64,000 bases of DNA from Eledone cirrhosa. Its lineage: Eukaryota. The translations under genes were made by a program, and so were the position numbers. The stretch's first letter is position 1; the number at the start of each line of letters is the position of its first letter. The stretch lies in NCBI GenBank assembly GCA_964016885.1, contig OZ024757.1, positions 12,834,001-12,898,000 of the forward strand, given 5' to 3'. Below, piece after piece: positions 9,317 through 22,200 of this stretch. The notes under the pieces are model-generated. The model saw nothing but the letters and a program-made list of their open reading frames with translations. It searched no databases and was not told where the DNA came from.

Positions 9317-12072
9317 AAGTCTAAGGCTTGTGGTTGGGGTTTAAATCTAAGGATGGGTGTTGGGGTTTAAGACTAAGTCTAATGCTTGTGATTGGGGTTT
9401 ATGTCTAAGTCTAAGGCATGGGGTTACGGTTTAAGTCTAAGTCTAAGGCTTGAGGTTAGGGTGTGAGTATAAATCTAATACTTGGCGTTAGGGTCTAAGT
9501 CTAAGGCTAAGGTTGGGGTTAGGATTTAATTCTAAGGCTTGGTGTTGGGATTTACGTCTAAGTCTAAAGCTTGGCGTTGGGATTTAAGTCTATGTCTAAG
9601 GCTTGGGGTTGGAGTTTAAGTCTAAGGCTTTGGGTTGCGGTTTAAGTCAACGTCTAAGTCTTGAGGTTGGTGTTTAAGTCTAAGTCTTGGAGTTGTGGTT
9701 TAATTTTACGGCTAAGTGTAGGGTTTGGGGTTTAAGTCTAAGTCTAAGGCTAGGATTTCGGGTCAAGTCTAAGTCTAAGGCTTGGGGTTGGGGTTTAAGT
9801 CTAAGTCTAAGGCTTGTAGTTGGGGTTTAAGTCTAAGTCTAAGGCGTGGGGTTAGGGTTTAAGTCTAAGTCTAAGTTTAGGGGTTTAAGTTTACGTCTAA
9901 GTCTAGTGGTTGTGGTTTAAGTCTAAGTCTAAGGCTTGGCGTTTGGGTTTAAGTCTAAGGCTTGTGTTTATGGTTTAATTCTAAGGCTTGTAGTTGGGGA
10001 TTACGTCTAATTCTAAAGCCTGGTGTTGGGGTTTAAGTCTTAGACTACGGCTTGATGTTGGGGTTTAAATCTATGACTATGTCTTGGGGTTTAAGTCTAA
10101 GTCTGAGGCTTAAGGTTTGGATTTAAGTCTAAGGCTTGCGGTTGTGGTTTGGGGTACGGGTTTAAGTCTAATTCTAAGGCTTGGGTTTGGGGTTTAAGTC
10201 TAAATCTAAGGCTGGGGGTTGGGGTTTAAGTCTAAGCCTCAGCCTTTGGGTTGGCGTTTAAGTCTAAGTCTAAGTCTTGTGGTTGGGGTTTAAATCTAAG
10301 TGTTAGGATTTAAATCTAAGGATGGGTGTTGGGGTTTAAGGCTAAGTCTAATGCTTGTGGTTGGGGTTTATGTCTAAGTCTAAGGCATGGGGTTACGGTT
10401 TAAGTCTAAGTCTTGGGGTTAGGGTATGAGTATAAATCTAATGCTTGGTGTTAGGGGTTAAGTCTAAGTCTAAGGCTTGGGCTTGAGGTATAAGTCTAAG
10501 TCTAAGGTTGGGGTTCGGGTCTAAGTCTAAGGCTTGGCGTTTGGGTTTAAATCTAAGGCTTGTGTTTATGGTTTAATTCTAAGGTTTGTAGTTGGGAATT
10601 ACGTCTAATTCTAAAGCTTGGTGTTGGGGTTTAAGTCTTAGACTAGGGCTTGATGCTGGGGTTTAAATCTATGTCTATATCTTGGGGTTTAAGTCTAAGT
10701 CGTCTGAGGCTTAAGGTTTGGATTTATGTCTAAGTCTAAGGGTTGTGGTTTGGGGTACGGGTTTAAGTCTAATTCTAAGCCTTTGGGTTGGCGTTTAACT
10801 CTAAGTCTAAGTCTTGTGGTTGGGGTTTTAATCTAAGTGTTAGGATTTAAATCTAAGGATGGGTGTTGGGGTTTAAGGCTAAGTTTAATGCTTGTGGTTG
10901 GGCTTTATGTCTAAGTCTAAGGCATGGGGTTACGGTTTAAGTCTAAGTGTAAGGCTTATAGTTGGGGTTTAAGTCTAAGTCTAAGGCTTGGGGTTAGTGT
11001 TTAAGTCTAAGGCTTGTGTTTATGGTTTAATTCTAAGGCTTGGAGTTGGGTATTTTGTCTAAATCTAAAGCTTGGAGTTGGGGTTTAAGTCTTGGACTAG
11101 GGCTTGATGTTGGGGTTTAAATCTATGTCTATGTCTTGGGGTTTAATCTAAGTCTGAGGTTTGAGATTTGGGTTTAAGTCTAAGTCAAAGGCTTGGGATT
11201 GGTGTTTGGGGTACGCGTTTAAGTCTAATTCTAAGGGTTGGGTTTGGGGTTTATGTCTAAGTCTAAAGCTTGGGGTTGGGGTTTAAGTGTAAGTCTTGGA
11301 GTTGGGGTTTAATTTTTCATCTTAGGGGTTGGGTTTTAAATCTAAGTCTAAGGTTTGGGTTTGTGGTCGAAGTCTAAGGGTTGGTGTTAGGATTTAAGTC
11401 TAAGGCTTGAGGTTGGGATTTAATTTTAAGTCTAAGGCTTGGGTGGGGGTTTAAGTCTAAGTCTAAGGCTTGGGGTTGGGGTTCGGGTTTAAGTCTAAGG
11501 GTTGTGGTCAGAATTTAATTCTGAGACTTGAGGTTGGAGTTTAAGTCTAAGTCTTGGAGTTGGGGTTTAATTTTACGTCTAAGGGTAGGGGTTTGAGTTT
11601 AAGTCTAAGGCTAAGCCTTGGGTTTATGGTTTAAGTCTAAGTCTAAGGGTTGGTGTTACGATTTAAGTCTAAGGCTTGGATTTGGGGTTTAAGTCTAAGT
11701 ATAAGGCTTGGGGGGGCGTTTATGTCTAGGTCTAAGGCTTGGGTTTGGCATTTAAGTCTAAGGCTTGGGGTTCAGGTTTAGCTCTAAGTCTAAGGCTTGG
11801 GATTGGGGTATAAATCTGAGTCTAAGACTTCGATTTCAGGTTTAAGTCTAATTTTAAGGCTTTGTGTGCGGCTTTAAGTCTAAGTCTGGGGCGTGTGGTT
11901 GGTGTTTAAATCTAAGTCTAAGGCTTGGGGTTGGAGTTTAAGTCTAAGTGTAAGGCTTGTGGTTGGGGTTTAAGTCTATGGCTAAGGCTTGGTGTTGGGA
12001 TTTAAGCCTATGTCTAAGGCTATGATTTTGGGTTTAAGTCTAAGGCTTGTGGTTTGGGTTTCAGTCTAAGGC
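9317..12072 (+). repeat. G-rich, strand-asymmetric, telomere-like satellite with a ~32-bp unit (26-bp variants), diverged
   Basis: Consensus GGCTT-GGGGTT-GGGGTT-TAA-GTCTAA-GTCTAA, period 32 at 9779/9811/9843. There are scattered TTAGGG hexamers, and larger blocks recur (ggatgggtgttgggg at 9351/10320/10857; tgtgtttatggtttaattc at 9963/10561/11015). Confidence 0.92.
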
Positions 12073-13269
12073 TTTTTTTAGATTTCGAAACATGCAAAAA
12101 ATCAGAAGAACGTAAAAAGATTAATGCAGAAGTATACATTTCGACTATGAACTCACATTCATTCTTTTTGGAAAAACCTAAAAAAAATTGATTATATAAG
12201 GTTTTCGAAAAACCTAAAAAAATCAATACTTGAAATCAGATATAAATTTAATCTGCAAAATTTGAAACCAGAAAGTATATATTTCGAAAGATTTCGAAGC
12301 ATTAATTTTTTTACGTTTTTTTTAGATTTACATGCAAAAAATCAGAAAAACGTAAAAAGATTAATGAACTCACGTTCATTCTTTTTCGAAAAACCTAAAG
12401 AGAATTGATTATATAAGGTTTTCGAAAAACCTTAAAAAATCAATATTTGAAATCAGATATAAATATTTCTAAAAGTATAAAAAAATTGATTATATAAGGT
12501 TTTCGAAAAAAAATTAATATGCGTTTTTCAAATTGCGTTTTTCGAAATATTAACTTCTGATTTCGAAAACTGATTTTTTTAGGTTTTTCGAAAAAAATTT
12601 AATCTGCAAAATTTGAAACCAGAAAGTAGATACTTCGAAAGATTTGTAAAAGCATTAATTTTTCTTTATTTTTTTAGATTTACATGCAAAAATTCAGAAA
12701 AACGTAAAAAGATTATTGCAGAAGTATATATTTCGACTATGAAGTCACATTCATTCTTTTTCGAAAAACCTAAAAAAAATTGATTATATAGGATTTTTTT
12801 CGAAAAACCTAAAATAATCAATATTCAAAATCAGATATGAATATTTCTAAAAGTATAAAAAAATTGATTATATAAGGTTTTCGAAAAAAAATTAATATGC
12901 GTTTTTCAAATTGCGTTTTTCGAAATATTAACTTCTGAATTCGAAAACTGATTTTTTTAGGTTTTTCGAAAAAAATATAATCTGCAAAATTTGAAACCAG
13001 AAAGTAAATATTTCGAAAGATTTGTAAAAGCATTAATTTTTTACGTTTTTTTAGATTTCGAAACATGCCAAAAAACAGAAAAACGTAAAAAGATTAATGC
13101 AGAAGTATATATTTCGACTATGAACTTACATTCATTCTTTTTCGAAATACCTAAAAAAATTGATTTTATAAGGTTTTCGAAAAACCTAAAAAAATCAATA
13201 TTTGAAATCAGATATAAATATTTCTAAAAGTATTAAAAAATTGATTACATAAGGTTTTCGAAAAAAAAT

Positions 13270-16200
13270 TAATATGCGTTTTTCAAATTGCGTTTTTCGA
13301 AATATTAACTTCTGATTTCGAAAACTGATTTTTTTAGGTTTTTCGAAAAAAATTTAATCTACAAAATTTGAAATCAGAAAGTAAATATTTCGAAAGATTT
13401 GTAAAATCATTAATTTTTTACGTTTTTTTTAGATTTCGAAACATGCAAAAAATCAGAAAAACGTAAAAAGATTAATGCAAAAGTATATATTTCGACTATG
13501 AACACACATTCATTCTTTTTCGAAAAATATAAAAGTAATTGATTATATAAGATTTTTTTCGAAAAACCTCAAAAAATCAATGTTTAAAATCAGATATAAA
13601 TATTTCTAAAAGTATAAAAAAATTGATTATATAAGGTTTTCGAAAAAAATTAATATGCGTTTTTCAAATTGCGTTTTTCGAAATATTAACTTCTGATTTC
13701 GAAAACTGATTTTTTTTGGTTTTTCGAAAAAAATTTAATCTGCAAAATTTGAAACCAGAAAGTAGATATTTCGAAAGATTTGTAAAAGCATTAATTTTTT
13801 ACGTTTTTTTTAGATTTCGAAACATGCAAAATGTAAAAAGATTAATACAGAAACATGAAAAATGTAAAAAGATTAATACAGAAGTATATATTTCGACTAT
13901 GAACTCAGATTCATTCTTTTTCGAAAAACCTAAAAAAATTGATTATATAAGGTTTTCGAAAAACCTAAAAAAATCAATATTTGAAATCAGATATAAATAT
14001 TTCTAAAAGTATAAAAAAATTGATTATATAAGGTTTTCGAAAAAAAATTAATATGCGTTTTTCAAATTGCGTTTTTCGAACTTCTGATTTCGAAAACTGA
14101 TTTTTTTAGGTTTTTCGAAAAAAATTTAATCTGCAAAATTTGAAACCAGAAAGTAAATATTTCGAAAGATTTGTAAAAGCATGTTTTTTTTACGTTTTCG
14201 AAACATGCAAAAAATCAGAAAAAGATTAATACAGAAGTATATATTTCGACTATGAACTCACATTCATTCTTTTTCGAAAAACCTAAAAAAATCAATATTT
14301 GAAATCAGATATAAATATTTATAAAAAAATTGATTATATAAGGTTTTCGAAAAAAATTAATATGCGTTTTTCAAATTGCGTTTTTCGAAATATTAACTTC
14401 TGATTTCGAAAACTTATTTTTTTAGGTTTTTCGAAAAAAATTTAATCTGCAAAATTTGAAACCAGAAAGTTTCGAAAGATTTGTAAAAGCATGTTTTTTT
14501 TACGTTTTCGAAACATGCAAAAAATCAGAAAAAGATTAATACAGAAGTATATATTTCGACTATGAACTCACATTCATTCTTTTTCGAAAAACCTAAAAAA
14601 ATTGATTATATAAGGTTTTCGAAAAACCTAAAAAAATCAATATTTGAAATCAGATATAAATATTTCTAAAAGTATAAAAAAATTGATTATATAAAAAAAT
14701 ATTGATTATATAAAAAATATTGATTATATAAAAAAATTATTTTTCGAAAAAAAATTAATATGCGTTTTTCAAATTGCGTTTTTAGAAATATTAACTTCTG
14801 ATTTCGAAAACTGAATTTTTTAGGTTTTTCGAAAAAAATTTAATCTGCAAAATTTGAAACCAGAAAGTAGATATTTCGAAAGATTTGTAAAAGCATTAAT
14901 TTTTTACGTTTTTTTTTAGATTTCGAAACATGCAAAATGTAAAAAGATTAATACAGAAACATGAAAAATGTAAAAAGATTAATACAGAAGTATATATTTC
15001 GACTATGAACTCAGATTCATTCTTTTTCGAAAAACCTAAAAAAATTGATTATATAAGGTTTTCGAAAAACCTAAAAATATCAATATTTGAAATCAGATAT
15101 AAATATTTATAAAAAAATTGATTATATAAGGTTTTCGAAAAAAAATTAATATGCGTTTTTCAAATTGCGTTTTTCGAAATATTAACTTCTGATTTCGAAA
15201 ACTGATTTTTTTAGGTTTTTCGAAAAAAATTTAATCTGCAAAATTTGAAACCAGAAAGTAGATATTTCGAAAGATTTGTAAAAGCATTAATTTTTTACGT
15301 TTTTTTTAGATTTCGAAAATGCTAACAATCAGAAAAACGTAAAAAGATTAATGCAGAAGTATATATTTCGACTATGAACTCACATTCATTCTTTTTCGAA
15401 AAACCTAAAAAAATTGATTATATAAGGTTTTCGAAAAACCTAAAAAAATCAATATTTGAAATCAGATATAAATATTTCTAAAAGTATAAAAAAATTGATT
15501 ATATAAAAAAATATTGATTATATAAAAAATATTGATTATATAAAAAAATTATTTTTCGAAAAAAAATTAATATGCGTTTTTCAAGTTGCGTTTTTCGAAA
15601 TATTAACTTCTGATTTCGAAAACTGAATTTTTTAGGTTTTTCGAAAAAAATTTAATCTGCAAAATTTGAAACCAGAAAGTAGATATTTCGAAAGATTTGT
15701 AAAAGCATTAATTTTTTACGTTTTTTTTTAGATTTCGAAACATGCAAAATGTAAAAAGATTAATACAGAAACATGAAAAATGTAAAAAGATTAATACAGA
15801 AGTATATATTTCGACTATGAACTCAGATTCATTCTTTTTCGAAAAACCTAAAAAAATTGATTATATAAGGTTTTCGAAAAACCTAAAAAAATCAATATTT
15901 GAAATCAGATATAAATATTTATAAAAAAATTGATTATATAAGGTTTTCAAAAAAAATTAATATGCGTTTTTCAAATTGCGTTTTTCGAAATATTAACTTC
16001 TGATTTCGAAAACTTATTTTTTTAGGTTTTTCGAAAAAAATTTAATCTGCAAAATTTGAAACCAGAAAGTAAATATTTCGAAAGATTTGTAAAAGCATGT
16101 TTTTTTTACGTTTTCGAAACATGCAAAAAATCAGAAAAAGATTAATACAGAAGTATATATTTCGACTATGAACTCACATTCATTCTTTTTCGAAAAAACC

Positions 16201-19200
16201 TAAAAAAATCAATATTTGAAATCAGATATAAATATTTATAAAAAAATTGATTATATAAGGTTTTCGAAAAAAATTAATATGCGTTTTTCAAATTGCGTTT
16301 TTCGAAATATTAACTTCTGATTTCGAAAACTTATTTTTTTAGGTTTTTCGAAAAAAATTTAATCTGCAAAATTTGAAACCAGAAAGTTTCGAAAGATTTG
16401 TAAAAGCATGTTTTTTTTACGTTTTCGAAACATGCAAAAAATCAGAAAAAGATTAATACAGAAGTATATATTTCGACTATGAACTCACATTCATTCTTTT
16501 TCGAAAAACCTAAAAAAATTGATTATATAAGGTTTTCGAAAAACCTAAAAAAATCAATATTTGAAATCAGATATAAATATTTATAAAAAAATTGATTATA
16601 TAAGGTTTTCGAAAAAAATTAATATGCGTTTTTCAAATTGCGTTTTTCGAAATATTAACTTCTGATTTCGAAAACTTATTTTTTTAGGTTTTTCGAAAAA
16701 AATTTAATCTGAAAAATTTGAAACCAGAAAGTAGATATTTCGAAAGATTTGTAAAAGCATTAATTTTTTACGTTTTTTTTTAGATTTCGAAACATGCAAA
16801 ATGTAAAAAGATTAATACAGAAACATGAAAAATGTAAAAAGATTAATACAGAAGTATATATTTCGACTATGAACTCACATTCATTCTTTTTCGAAAAACC
16901 TAAAAAAATTGATTATATAAGGTTTTCGAAAAACCTAAAAAAATCAATATTTGAAATCAGATATAAATATTTATAAAAAAATTGATTATATAAGGTTTTC
17001 AAAAAAAATTAATATGCGTTTTTCAAATTGCGTTTTTCGAAATATTAACTTCTGATTTCGAAAACTTATTTTTTTAGGTTTTTCGAAAAAAATTTAATCT
17101 GCAAAATTTGAAACCAGAAAGTAAATATTTCGAAAGATTTGTAAAAGCATGTTTTTTTTACGTTTTCGAAACATGCAAAAAATCAGAAAAAGATTAATAC
17201 AGAAGTATATATTTCGACTATGAACTCACATTCATTCTTTTTCGAAAAACCTAAAAAAATCAATATTTGAAATCAGATATAAATATTTATAAAAAAATTG
17301 ATTATATAAGGTTTTCGAAAAAAATTAATATGCGTTTTTCAAATTGCGTTTTTCGAAATATTAACTTCTGATTTCGAAAACTTATTTTTTTAGGTTTTTC
17401 GAAAAAAATTTAAACTGCAAAATTTGAAACCAGAAAGTTTCGAAAGATTTGTAAAAGCATGTTTTTTTTACGTTTTCGAAACATGCAAAAAATCAGAAAA
17501 AGATTAATACAGAAGTATATATTTCGACTATGAACTCACATTCATTCTTTTTCGAAAAACCTAAAAAAATTGATTATATAAGGTTTTCGAAAAACCTAAA
17601 AAAATCAATATTTGAAATCAGATATAAATATTTATAAAAAAATTGATTATATAAGGTTTTCGAAAAAAATTAATATGCGTTTTTCAAATTGCGTTTTTCG
17701 AAATATTAACTTCTGATTTCGAAAACTTATTTTTTTAGGTTTTTCGAAAAAAATTTAATCTGCAAAATTTGAAACCAGAAAGTAGATATTTCGAAAGATT
17801 TGTAAAAGCATTAATTTTTTACGTTTTTTTTTAGATTTCGAAACATGCAAAATGTAAAAAGATTAATACAGAAACATGAAAAATGTAAAAAGATTAATAC
17901 AGAAGTATATATTTCGACTATGAACTCAGATTCATTCTTTTTCGAAAAACCTAAAAAAATTGATTATATAAGGTTTTCGAAAAACCTAAAAAAATCAATA
18001 TTTGAAATCAGATATAAATATTTATAAAAAAATTGATTATATAAGGTTTTCAAAAAAAATTAATATGCGTTTTTCAAATTGCGTTTTTCGAAATATTAAC
18101 TTCTGATTTCGAAAACTTATTTTTTTAGGTTTTTCGAAAAAAATTTAATCTGCAAAATTTGAAACCAGAAAGTAGATATTTCGAAAGATTTGTAAAAGCA
18201 TTAATTTTTTACGTTTTTTTTTAGATTTCGAAACATGCAAAATGTAAAAAGATTAATACAGAAACATGAAAAATGTAAAAAGATTAATACAGAAGTATAT
18301 ATTTCGACTATGAACTCAGATTCATTCTTTTTCGAAAAACCTAAAAAAATTGATTATATAAGGTTTTCGAAAAACCTAAAAAAATCAATATTTGAAATCA
18401 GATATAAATATTTATAAAAAAATTGATTATATAAGGTTTTCAAAAAAAATTAATATGCGTTTTTCAAATTGCGTTTTTCGAAATATTAACTTCTGATTTC
18501 GAAAACTTATTTTTTTAGGTTTTTCGAAAAAAATTTAATCTGCAAAATTTGAAACCAGAAAGTAAATATTTCGAAAGATTTGTAAAAGCATGTTTTTTTT
18601 ACGTTTTCGAAACATGCAAAAAATCAGAAAAAGATTAATACAGAAGTATATATTTCGACTATGAACTCACATTCATTCTTTTTCGAAAAAACCTAAAAAA
18701 ATCAATATTTGAAATCAGATATAAATATTTATAAAAAAATTGATTATATAAGGTTTTCGAAAAAAATTAATATGCGTTTTTCAAATTGCGTTTTTCGAAA
18801 TATTAACTTCTGATTTCGAAAACTTATTTTTTTAGGTTTTTCGAAAAAAATTTAATCTGCAAAATTTGAAACCAGAAAGTTTCGAAAGATTTGTAAAAGC
18901 ATGTTTTTTTTACGTTTTCGAAACATGCAAAAAATCAGAAAAAGATTAATACAGAAGTATATATTTCGACTATGAACTCACATTCATTCTTTTTCGAAAA
19001 ACCTAAAAAAATTGATTATATAAGGTTTTCGAAAAACCTAAAAAAATCAATATTTGAAATCAGATATAAATATTTATAAAAAAATTGATTATATAAGGTT
19101 TTCGAAAAAAATTAATATGCGTTTTTCAAATTGCGTTTTTCGAAATATTAACTTCTGATTTCGAAAACTTATTTTTTTAGGTTTTTCGAAAAAAATTTAA

Positions 19201-22200
19201 TCTGAAAAATTTGAAACCAGAAAGTAGATATTTCGAAAGATTTGTAAAAGCATTAATTTTTTACGTTTTTTTTTAGATTTCGAAACATGCAAAATGTAAA
19301 AAGATTAATACAGAAACATGAAAAATGTAAAAAGATTAATACAGAAGTATATATTTCGACTATGAACTCACATTCATTCTTTTTCGAAAAACCTAAAAAA
19401 ATTGATTATATAAGGTTTTCGAAAAACCTAAAAAAATCAATATTTGAAATCAGATATAAATATTTATAAAAAAATTGATTATATAAGGTTTTCAAAAAAA
19501 ATTAATATGCGTTTTTCAAATTGCGTTTTTCGAAATATTAACTTCTGATTTCGAAAACTTATTTTTTTAGGTTTTTCGAAAAAAATTTAATCTGCAAAAT
19601 TTGAAACCAGAAAGTAAATATTTCGAAAGATTTGTAAAAGCATGTTTTTTTTACGTTTTCGAAACATGCAAAAAATCAGAAAAAGATTAATACAGAAGTA
19701 TATATTTCGACTATGAACTCACATTCATTCTTTTTCGAAAAACCTAAAAAAATCAATATTTGAAATCAGATATAAATATTTATAAAAAAATTGATTATAT
19801 AAGGTTTTCGAAAAAAATTAATATGCGTTTTTCAAATTGCGTTTTTCGAAATATTAACTTCTGATTTCGAAAACTTATTTTTTTAGGTTTTTCGAAAAAA
19901 ATTTAATCTGCAAAATTTGAAACCAGAAAGTTTCGAAAGATTTGTAAAAGCATGTTTTTTTTACGTTTTCGAAACATGCAAAAAATCAGAAAAAGATTAA
20001 TACAGAAGTATATATTTCGACTATGAACTCACATTCATTCTTTTTCGAAAAACCTAAAAAAATTGATTATATAAGGTTTTCGAAAAACCTAAAAAAATCA
20101 ATATTTGAAATCAGATATAAATATTTATAAAAAAATTGATTATATAAGGTTTTCGAAAAAAATTAATATGCGTTTTTCAAATTGCGTTTTTCGAAATATT
20201 AACTTCTGATTTCGAAAACTTATTTTTTTAGGTTTTTCGAAAAAAATTTAATCTGCAAAATTTGAAACCAGAAAGTAGATATTTCGAAAGATTTGTAAAA
20301 GCATTAATTTTTTACGTTTTTTTTTAGATTTCGAAACATGCAAAATGTAAAAAGATTAATACAGAAACATGAAAAATGTAAAAAGATTAATACAGAAGTA
20401 TATATTTCGACTATGAACTCAGATTCATTCTTTTTCGAAAAACCTAAAAAAATTGATTATATAAGGTTTTCGAAAAACCTAAAAAAATCAATATTTGAAA
20501 TCAGATATAAATATTTATAAAAAAATTGATTATATAAGGTTTTCAAAAAAAATTAATATGCGTTTTTCAAATTGCGTTTTTCGAAATATTAACTTCTGAT
20601 TTCGAAAACTTATTTTTTTAGGTTTTTCGAAAAAAATTTAATCTGCAAAATTTGAAACCAGAAAGTAGATATTTCGAAAGATTTGTAAAAGCATTAATTT
20701 TTTACGTTTTTTTTTAGATTTCGAAACATGCAAAATGTAAAAAGATTAATACAGAAACATGAAAAATGTAAAAAGATTAATACAGAAGTATATATTTCGA
20801 CTATGAACTCAGATTCATTCTTTTTCGAAAAACCTAAAAAAATTGATTATATAAGGTTTTCGAAAAACCTAAAAATATCAATATTTGAAATCAGATATAA
20901 ATATTTATAAAAAAAATTGATTATATAAGGTTTTCGAAAAAAAATTAATATGCGTTTTTCAAATTGCGTTTTTCGAAATATTAACTTCTGATTTCGAAAA
21001 CTGATTTTTTTAGGTTTTTCGAAAAAAATTTAATCTGCAAAATTTGAAACCAGAAAGTAGATATTTCGAAAGATTTGTAAAAGCATTAATTTTTTACTTT
21101 TTTTTAGATTTCGAAAATGCTAACAATCAGAAAAACGTAAAAAGATTAATGCAGAAGTATATATTTCGACTATGAACTCACATTCATTCTTTTTCGAAAA
21201 ACCTAAAAAAATTGATTATATAAGGTTTTCGAAAAACCTAAAAAAATCAATATTTGAAATCAGATATAAATATTTCTAAAAGTATAAAAAAATTGATTAT
21301 ATAAAAAAATATTGATTATATAAAAAATATTGATTATATAAAAAAATTATTTTTCGAAAAAAAATTAATATGCGTTATTCAAGTTGCGTTTTTCGAAATA
21401 TAAACTTCTGATTTCGAAAACTTATTTTTTCAGGTTTTTCGAAAAAAATTTAATCTGCAAAATTTGAAACCAGAAAGTAAATATTTCGAAAGATTTGTAA
21501 AAGCATGTTTTTTTTACGTTTTCGAAACATGCAAAAAATCAGAAAAAGATTAATACAGAAGTATATATTTCGACTATGAACTCACATTCATTCTTTTTCG
21601 AAAAACCTAAAAAAATCAATATTTGAAATCAGATATAAATATTTATAAAAAAATTGATTATATAAGGTTTTCGAAAAAAATTAATATGCGTTTTTCAAAT
21701 TGCGTTTTTCGAAATATTAACTTCTGATTTCGAAAACTTATTTTTTTAGGTTTTTCGAAAAAAATTTAATCTGCAAAATTTGAAACCAGAAAGTAGATAT
21801 TTCGAAAGATTTGTAAAATCATTAATTTTTTACGTTTTTTTTTAGATTTCGAAACATGCAAAATGTAAAAAGATTAATACAGAAACATGAAAAATGTAAA
21901 AAGATTAATACAGAAGTATATATTTCGACTATGAACTCAGATTCATTCTTTTTCGAAAAACCTAAAAAAATTGATTATATAAGGTTTTCGAAAAACCTAA
22001 AAATATCAATATTTGAAATCAGATATAAATATTTATAAAAAAATTGATTATCGAAAAAAAATTAATATGCCTTTTTCAAATTGCGTTTTTCGAAATATTA
22101 ACTTCTGATTTCGAAAACTGATTTTTTTAGGTTTTTCGAAAAAAATTTAATCTGCAAAATTTGAAACCAGAAAGTAGATATTTCGAAAGATTTGTAAAAG

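Noticed and set aside
9317-12072. Functional canonical telomere
   Set aside because: TTAGGG is only sporadic, the unit is a diverged 32-mer, and more than 50 kb of other DNA lies distal to it.
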